NCBI RefSeq assembly: GCF_009914755.1
Contig: NC_060947.1
DNA: 64,000 nt
Source of the DNA: the human T2T-CHM13v2.0 reference genome, Homo sapiens
Reading direction: 5' to 3' (one strand)
The stretch's first letter is position 1, and every line of letters begins with the position of its first letter. The notes below the pieces were generated by a model, which worked only from the letters and a program-made list of their open reading frames with translations, searched no databases and was not told where the DNA came from. The translations under genes were made by a program, and so were the position numbers. Below, one piece after another: positions 56,617 through 64,000 of this stretch.

Positions 56617-57542
56617 GTAATGTGCATGCATTTAACAGACATTGAAAATTAACCTATTTCTATTCAAGGAAAACAATGTGGATTTTGATAGTATAATAAC
56701 TTCAGTTTAAAAGTTTTAATCTTATTGAAGCCAATGAAGTAGTACAAAAATAAGCAAGCTAAGTCTTGTTATTCTAGCTGGTTTTCCTTTGTTTAGTCTT
56801 GTTTTCATCATGTTTTCTTTTGCTTGTGGGAATCATTTTCTTTCATTGATTCACACTGTTAAATATTAGTGCTTGGCTTTACACTTGCATGAACTTTGAA
56901 ATGTTGTATTTTTTGTTCATTGAGTTTTCTGTTTCTAAAAACTTAATTACTCGATTTTCTTTATATTTAAAAAATGGAAATTTCAAAAAACTGGCTGCAC
57001 TGAAAAATTACACTGCCTTGAAGTACGCTAAACTATACCAACTGTGTACTAAATTCAATCTGATGATAAAATATAAAAGTACATTAAGGAGTTATTGTAC
57101 TTTATTGACAAAAATGGAAGGTGGGAAATAGTACATTCTTTTAAAGCTTTACTAGTTCTTCACTGGTTGCCTTTGTAAAAACGATAATCATTGCAACCAA
57201 AGTTTCATGAAGCAAAAATATATATAGGCTAAATTTTAATATTTTTAGCCTCGGAGACTTGATAGAATTTTAAAAAGAGATTACAATCTTGTCATCTTCA
57301 GTATTCATATTCTTTTTTACCAGCTGCTGAATAAAAAGCCCAATTTTTAAAGTTTCAAAAAATAATAGATTCTATAAAGAAATTAAGAACAGTATACCTT
57401 TAAAGGGATTGGAAAAAATTAAAGATGTGTGGCCTTTTAGCTGTTTCTTGGAAGTGCGTTGATAGAGTAATTAGAAATATTTAATATGATATTGAGTTAT
57501 AAATCACAGAATTTAATTAGCAATAAGCAATAAGAAACAGAC

Positions 57543-57559
57543 ATGTATATATATGTGTG

Positions 57560-57596
<37 letters not shown>

Positions 57597-57607
57597 ATAT
57601 ATATATA
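57543..57607 (+). repeat. Compound (TA)/(TG)/(CA)n microsatellite
   Basis: atgtatatatatgtgtgtat(ac)n atacacatatatatata. Confidence 0.9.
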
Positions 57608-58126
57608 ATCTCCAGCATGTGATATATGCATGTGTGCAGTGGAATTGATCCCTGAGCAATGTAATATGAATACTTACTGTGTTTAAAATACATGTCTATA
57701 AACTGCCTTTGTATTTTGGCTTGACTTTGCCCTTTACCAGTTTTCTGTGGTATGCTTTATTTTCTGTGAGCACATTATGTGCCTGTTATTTTGTTTCTTT
57801 GCTATATGCTGTCTATTGCTTGGTTTTGAAAAGACAGTACATTCTTTGAAATCCATGATGTTTGTTTGCTTTTCATTTTTCTACCCCAACACAAACACAG
57901 AATAGATACTCCATTTTAGGCTGTGGATGCTATAGATGGCCTACATGTTATTTCCTTAACTCCAAGGGGGAAAATGTTGTGATTTGCAAAGTCATGAAAG
58001 GTGTGTCGACTTTTACATGCTTACTGTCTCCTTAAAAAAGAAATTCTGTCCTTTCACCTGTCTGTTTGCACGTGTTTCTCTTTCTCCTCTTTGCCTTTTC
58101 TTGTCCATGCACCTGGTGCTGTGCAG

Positions 58127-58177
58127 GAGATTCAGGAAGAACACAATGGCTACCCTTCTGAAGCTGAAGCTGATCAG
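58127..58177 (+). CDS. MTMR1: MTMR1 alternative exon 2.3 (51 nt, EIQEEHNGYPSEAEADQ)
   Basis: Long pyrimidine tract ...gtgctgtgcag|GAGATT...GATCAG|gtggca; phase 0-0; size matches the remembered 17-aa exon. Confidence 0.82.
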
Positions 58178-60660
58178 GTGGCAAGTTCTACGTGTTCATC
58201 TGTTTGTAGCTACAGATCGTGTATTTAGAAGCCATTTCATTCTAGACTTCTAGATAATAAGCAAAGCTTTCCAGATGCCTCTACCACAATAGTAGTGCCC
58301 TCCTGTCCAAATTTGGTAGATTCCATATGACATTATTTGCAAAAATTGGTTTATCCAACATTTTGTCAACTAGAAATTTGTTTGTCTGTGTTTCTTGGTT
58401 TGCCCAGATAGGGTTATTGATGGGGTTAATGACCCTCCATCACGGTAGGATTCTGCAGTGCCTTTACATAGACATAGAGGGGACAGATACATATGCTAAG
58501 GGTGCTCCTTGAGGGTGCACACTTTGCTTTCTTCAAATATGCATGATCTATGCCCAACACAGTACCTGGTACCATGTAGATATTTGTGGAATTGGTACAT
58601 ATATTAATCAGAATACAAAATTATTCATAGAGTATTCTTGAGTGCTTACTCTGCTCAGTACCTCTAGACCCTCTCTGGAGTCTTTTAAAGCTGCAGTACT
58701 TTCCCCAATGCTTATGTGAAACAAAGAGAAGAGCAGCTCCAGGGATGTGTGGCATGCCCCAGGTGCTCAGCTGCACCATTGTCCACCATCATCCAGCCCC
58801 ACTCTCCTTTGGTGACCCTGGAAGCAACTTGAAGAGCCCAGTTTGAAAGCCACTGCTTTTGGCATGCAACCATTATATAAACTATCCACCTGGCGGCTTG
58901 GATTCAGGCTGAGGAGAAAAGTAGCGGAGAGGCCAGGGTTGTTGGGTGGGCTGGAGCCCTCAGGAACAAATTCAGGGAGCTGGCAGACTTCGGCTAGACC
59001 TTCAGGGTCACTGGAACAAAGTTGGGATGAGGTCATCAGAGGGAATTCCCCAGCTGGGCAACACTTTGAGCCATGGCACCAAGAGGAATGGGTGTGTTTA
59101 TGAAATCAAATTTAGTTCATAAGAATATTCCATCCTTTGATTGTGCTGAACATGGGTTGGATAAATCAAGGGTCAAATCATGTCCTGTGCAACCTTGTAG
59201 TTGCAGTAAAAGCTTAATGTAGCACAAGTGTGAGTCCCTTCTCCTAACAGCAGCTTCATAAAGGGAATCTACTATACTCACCAAAGCAAACAAAAAAACC
59301 TCCAAGCTTTTAAAACTCTTCTCTTGAGTTTCTATGCTAAAGCTAAATGTGTTTCTTTTACAAAAGGAATCTCCTACGGGGAAATCTGAAGCAATTGGGT
59401 CACTTCTTTGTTTTATTCCAGTAGTTGTTCTTTTTTGCCATTTAAAAGGCATGTCCCAGATTTATCAATTAGAGGTTTGCCTTACTATGTCTCACTGACA
59501 TATAAATGCACAGAAGTTTCAAGCCAAACTTGACATGACTATGGGAAGAGAAGAGAAATGCTTGATTTTCAACTTCTATCTTGAGAGCATTGTGTATTCT
59601 TAAAATGGTCCTAATCACCTCTGTCTCCTATATGCAACATTTTATTAGCTAGTCCTGGATTGAGGACTTTAAAATGTTTGATGTGGCTTGCTCTAAATAG
59701 AGAGAGTCATACCTTTCCTAAGCTCCTCCAGATTCAGTTGATTAAAGCAGCTTGCTTTAGTAATTATATTTCAAAATAATCTATTTTCACTTATTTTTAA
59801 CATATAAGAAACTTAAGTCTGTATAATACATGATAATATTTAGCCATTAAAATAGGCTTTAACAACGTAACATTTGAAGTAATTTAAAACTCTGATATTG
59901 ATTAAAATAGCTTTCTCACTTCATGAGATGCTATACAGTTAGTCACTAGTTCAGGCAATAAAGCAGAGTTTCAAATTAAGGCTTCTAAGATTGGAGATCT
60001 TTTAGTGTTTCTAAAACCAGACATTTATAAGTATACCTGTTAGTTTATGCTTTATTGCATAAAATATATTTCCAAAACAGATGTGAGTATAAAAATGAAT
60101 CCATTAATCGTTCTCCACACCTACCCTTAATGTGTTTACTTCCAAAAAATTTTGGCAGAAAATGTCTTTAAAAACCAGTCTGGGCTAAAAATTTGAATTG
60201 AATTAACTGTTTGGAGGTAACGATGATTCCTAATCTATATTATTTTAACCATGCATCTTTGGATAAGGAGGAGGATGGACCATGTCATTTTGTGGTCTCC
60301 CAGTAGAACTAACATAGCCCTGACCAACATTTAACATTGAATTTGTTATTTATAGTTTGGCTTTCTTCCCTGTATAAAATGTGATGAAACTACTATGTGT
60401 AGTATTTCTAAATTGACCTTTAGGTCCTTTAATAAAACATAGTGAAATATTCTTGTAACTATGAAAATAATTACTATTTTGAATTTTCAATAATTTAGAA
60501 TTATAAAAGACATCCATTTAAAAATATTTTGCTTTACAAAATTATGCTGAAAGCGTAGTATTATTCGACCTATTTTCCACTGAACACTAGTGGCCTCCGA
60601 TGTTAACAGGTGGAAAAAGCAGTCCCGATCAAATAGGTATGAGGAATGCATTATACTGTG

Positions 60661-60674
60661 GCGCCCTCTTGCGG
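60661..60674 (-). promoter_or_regulatory. Candidate CTCF site
   Basis: Minus strand CCGCAAGAGGGCGC fits the CTCF core consensus; CpGs retained in a CpG-poor intron. Confidence 0.55.
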
Positions 60675-60725
60675 ATTCGGTGTGCATTGACACACTAAAG
60701 ATGTCTCACTAAAAAAAGCAGATGA

Positions 60726-61062
<337 letters not shown>

Positions 61063-62228
61063 TTAACCCAGCATTTCCCAAACTTTTATTTATTTATTTA
61101 TTTTTTAAGACCTATTCACATCTCTTGGGAAAGTAATGCTCTATGAAATACAGCTTTGGAATTGCTGGGGGTTCTGATCACCTTATTCTTATTCATGACA
61201 CATTATGTCAGAGATGCCAAGGAGAAAGTGACTGGTTTCCTTGGCAGCGTCTCACAGGGTGGCGGTACCTTGGAATAGACCCCGAGTTCAGGCTTTGGTC
61301 CCTAGCTTTGTAGTTCAAGAACACCATTTTCTCACCTCCCCTCAATTATCTGGCACTATCCAACCAAGCTCACAAGGGAGTGGCTACTGGGCTGCAGTGC
61401 CAATCTGCTAATTTAAAAACGTGGGCGTGTATTTTTCTGGCCATCTAAGGTATCCTTTTCCTAGCATCATTGTAGCCAGGAAACCTAGTAAATCATTAGC
61501 AATTTGCTTGGTGAGTATGAAATTACTGCAAAGTAAATTGTCTTGAGACATGCCTGACGAAAACACCCTGCTCCGCAGCAGGGATTGGAATACTGTTGCC
61601 TGCCAGATGAGAGCACACTCTCTCATGGCCTGGATTGGGTGAACACTGACAACTTCACTCTTCATGTCCCTGGTCATACGCTTTGTGCATGCATGTCCGT
61701 GTGCACGAGCACACACAGACACACACACACACACATAGCTGGGCTGCAGTAGCAAAGCCTAGGCCTTTCCTTAGTTGTGTACTGTACCGAGACTGTTCTC
61801 CGGTTATTTTCATTAGACTTCTGGCCTTCCCAAACTTTCTCTTAGGCTGGGTCATTTCTCCAGTTAGCTAAGCACCTATAGCTCATGTTGGTTTCATTTG
61901 TATTAGTTTCATGCTCAGAAGGTAACCTTTTTCTGGCCTTATTTGCAAATTCTAGAGACACCTTTTAATAGCTATCTGTGTAGTGATTACAGTATCTTTC
62001 TGTCATGTCAAGCCATTTCTGTATTAATGCTTCCTAACTGTGAAATTTAAATATGTTGTAACAATTTGCTAGAATATGCAGCATGGTGTCTTGTGATGCT
62101 AAGCTTTTAAGTTGTCTTTGAAGGGGTTGGGTGCTTATTTTGCACGCTTCTGTAGCCTTATAGTGACATCACAGAACACCGAAATTCTTCACAGGTATAC
62201 GGAAAGTGAGATTTACTCCCGTTTGGTG

Positions 62229-62230
<2 letters not shown>

Positions 62231-62266
<36 letters not shown>
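62231..62266 (+). repeat. T36 mononucleotide run forming the exon 3 polypyrimidine tract
   Basis: 36 consecutive T followed by gccag|. Confidence 0.95.
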
Positions 62267-62268
<2 letters not shown>

Positions 62269-62271
62269 CAG

Positions 62272-62347
62272 GCTCTAAGGGATGGAAATAAGCTGGCACA
62301 GATGGAAGAGGCTCCACTTTTCCCAGGAGAATCAATTAAAGCCATTG
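62272..62347 (+). CDS. MTMR1: MTMR1 constitutive exon 3 (76 nt), start of the PH-GRAM region
   Basis: (T)36gccag|GCTCTA...GCCATTG|gtaagt; ALRDGNKLAQMEEAPLFPGESIKAI(V). Confidence 0.96.
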
Positions 62348-63344
62348 GTAAGTTTAGTGTGTACACTTCGCTTTTTGAGATCCATAAAATGAAATGGCAC
62401 TTAATTTGCAAGTGGAGGTGATGTATGTGCTGGAGATCCGCCAGACCAACTTAATTAGGGGACAAATGGACTAGATCTATTCATCCTCATTAGTGTCATC
62501 ATGACCTAAGAGATAGAAGACTGCAGAGGATCCCGTTAAGTTCCAATTGAGTATTTGATGGCGTTCCCAACAGAAGAGGGGCCTGACTTTTCCTGGTGAA
62601 CTGAAAGCTGATTAGACACTCAGTGTAATGTCAGTTCACTGCTTTGTTGGAATCCTTCAGTATAAGGAAAATATAGGAGACCTATATCATGTTTTAATAA
62701 CAGTTTTGAGAACTCAGCAAAGAAATTTTAGTGGTTTATCAGATCCCAAAAAGTACAATTTTGGTGCATGGCAAGGGCTTGTGTTGCCATCCTGGCTTTT
62801 AAAGGTGATGGCATGAGGCCTCCCATATCCCTCCATGGTGTACTGCCAGGCCTTTCAGGGAGTAGTTGATTGTGCCATGGGTGGATGGGAGGGGCAGCTG
62901 GATGCGATCCGTTCATCTCATCACTTGGTTGGGTTGGACAGTCTGGTTTTCTAGACTGTTTCCTTCTTCCATCATGGCTTTCTCCCAAAGAGGCGCACTC
63001 AGTCTCAGAGTATAGTCATCTTGTGCCAAGAATATTTGAGTAGCGGGGCTCTCCCACCAGATCCTCCAATCAATTATTGCTGCTGAATATCCTAGTCTGT
63101 GTCTGTGGACCATGCTTATCTTGTCCTTGGTTTTGAAATTCTTTATTTCCTTGGGTTCTAGGACTTCATTCTATCCTGGCAGTCCTCTGGACTCTTTGTT
63201 CCTTCTCTGGGCGTTCTTCTAGCTCTGCCCTCATACTGTTTTCTTAATGATCTGTTTAAAATGCAGAGGTAATTATGTCATGCCCCTGCTTCTTCTTCAG
63301 ACAGTAAACAACACAGGCGTAAAATGTAAAATGTGAAGAGGTTG

Positions 63345-63520
63345 TTTTTCACTTTAGTTTTATAATTTGTCAGTGAGTCAAAGTGAGCTCAGAAAAGATT
63401 AGAGCTCATGTAGGTGATTGACAACTTTGCACATCAGATACATATTTTGAATGAGCAGGGAGCGTTATAAAAGCTTGGATTGCAAGCTCACAGTTGTTGT
63501 AGTAAGAAGAGAAGGCTTCA
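63345..63520 (+). promoter_or_regulatory. CYP2C-derived proximal promoter and 5' UTR remnant
   Basis: cagtgagtcaaagtg (HNF4 DR1-like), taggtgattg, TATAAAA at 63466-63472 and gcttggattgcaagctca...aagaagagaaggcttca resemble the CYP2C9/2C19 promoter as remembered. Confidence 0.8.
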
Positions 63521-63812
63521 GTGGATTTAGCTGCGGTCCTGGTGCTCTTTCTCTCCCATTTTCTTTTCCTTTCACTCTGGAAACAGAGCTCAGAGAGAGA
63601 GAAACTCCTGCCTGGCCCCACTCCAATACGAATTATTGGAAATATCTTAGAGTTAGATCTTAAGGACATCTGCAAATCCTTAAGTGATGTAAATATGCTT
63701 TATGCTCCTCTGGTGGCTTGCAAAGGGTAAGTAAATTGACCCTCTACTTTTTAATAAAATATATTCCTGGAGGCAAACTATTTAAATAGGTCATTGTGAA
63801 GTAAAATACTCC
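63521..63812 (+). pseudogene. CYP2C64P: Unprocessed CYP2C pseudogene fragment: exon 1 (63521-63688, start ATG>GTG) plus start of intron 1
   Basis: (V)DLAAVLVLFLSHFLFLSLWKQSSEREKLLPGPTPIRIIGNILELDLKDICKSLSD aligns without gaps to CYP2C exon 1 (56 codons, signal anchor and PPGPTP motif), followed by GT and CYP2C-like intron sequence; symbol recalled as the Xq28 CYP2C fragment, not checked. Confidence 0.88.
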
Positions 63813-63849
63813 GTCTAAAGTATTACTTCAGTTTGTCATTGTCAGAATG

Positions 63850-64000
63850 TGAAGAGTTTTGACACGGTGTACACCTGAGAAACCATCATTCACAGTCAAG
63901 GTAACAAACATATCCATCACCTCCCAGTTTTCGTTTCCTTATTCCCCTTTATAATCCCTACTTCCTCTGCCTTCTCCGCCATCCCCAAGCACTATAGGCT
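63850..64000 (-). mobile_element. Old L1M 3' fragment
   Basis: gagttttgac...aaccatc...cagtcaaggtaacaaacatatccatcacc. Confidence 0.55.

Noticed and set aside
62983-62997. cccaaagaggcgca as a third CTCF site
   Set aside because: One base short in the core spacing relative to consensus
63521-63726. In-frame CYP2C signal-anchor::MTMR1 fusion via the next exon
   Set aside because: MTMR1 exon 3 ends in phase 1, while the CYP2C donors give phase 0 (63688) or phase 2 (63726), so splicing to the next exon is out of frame; the ATG is also lost
63521-63730. Functional cytochrome P450 gene
   Set aside because: Only exon 1 is visible, the start is GTG, and similarity ends at an L1-like remnant

Overview
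Human genomic DNA (primate Alu/L1PA content), recognisable as the Xq28 MTM1-MTMR1 locus, with both genes on the + strand. Positions 1-16.8 kb hold the 3' end of MTM1 (myotubularin): exons 11-15 including the catalytic HCSDGWDR motif, the stop codon, the 3' UTR and two poly(A) regions. A repeat-rich intergenic spacer of about 20 kb follows. From about 36.8 kb come the CpG-island promoter and 5' part of the paralogue MTMR1: exons 1, 2 and 3 plus three in-frame alternative microexons of 24, 27 and 51 nt. The most unexpected element is at about 63.3-63.8 kb: an orphan, unprocessed piece of a CYP2C cytochrome P450 gene (proximal promoter with TATA and HNF4-like site, complete exon 1 with ATG changed to GTG, and the start of intron 1) lying in sense orientation inside an MTMR1 intron. 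Other notable points are a latent poison pseudoexon in MTM1 intron 13, inverted L1PA 3' ends bracketing MTM1 exons 11-14, a convergent pair of CTCF-like motifs, a T36 acceptor tract and several retrotransposition or template-switch scars. Repeat subfamily names and boundaries come from visual recognition and are approximate. Gene-specific statements from the literature are from memory and were not looked up. Most long ORFs in the supplied track are repeat or GC-content artefacts.
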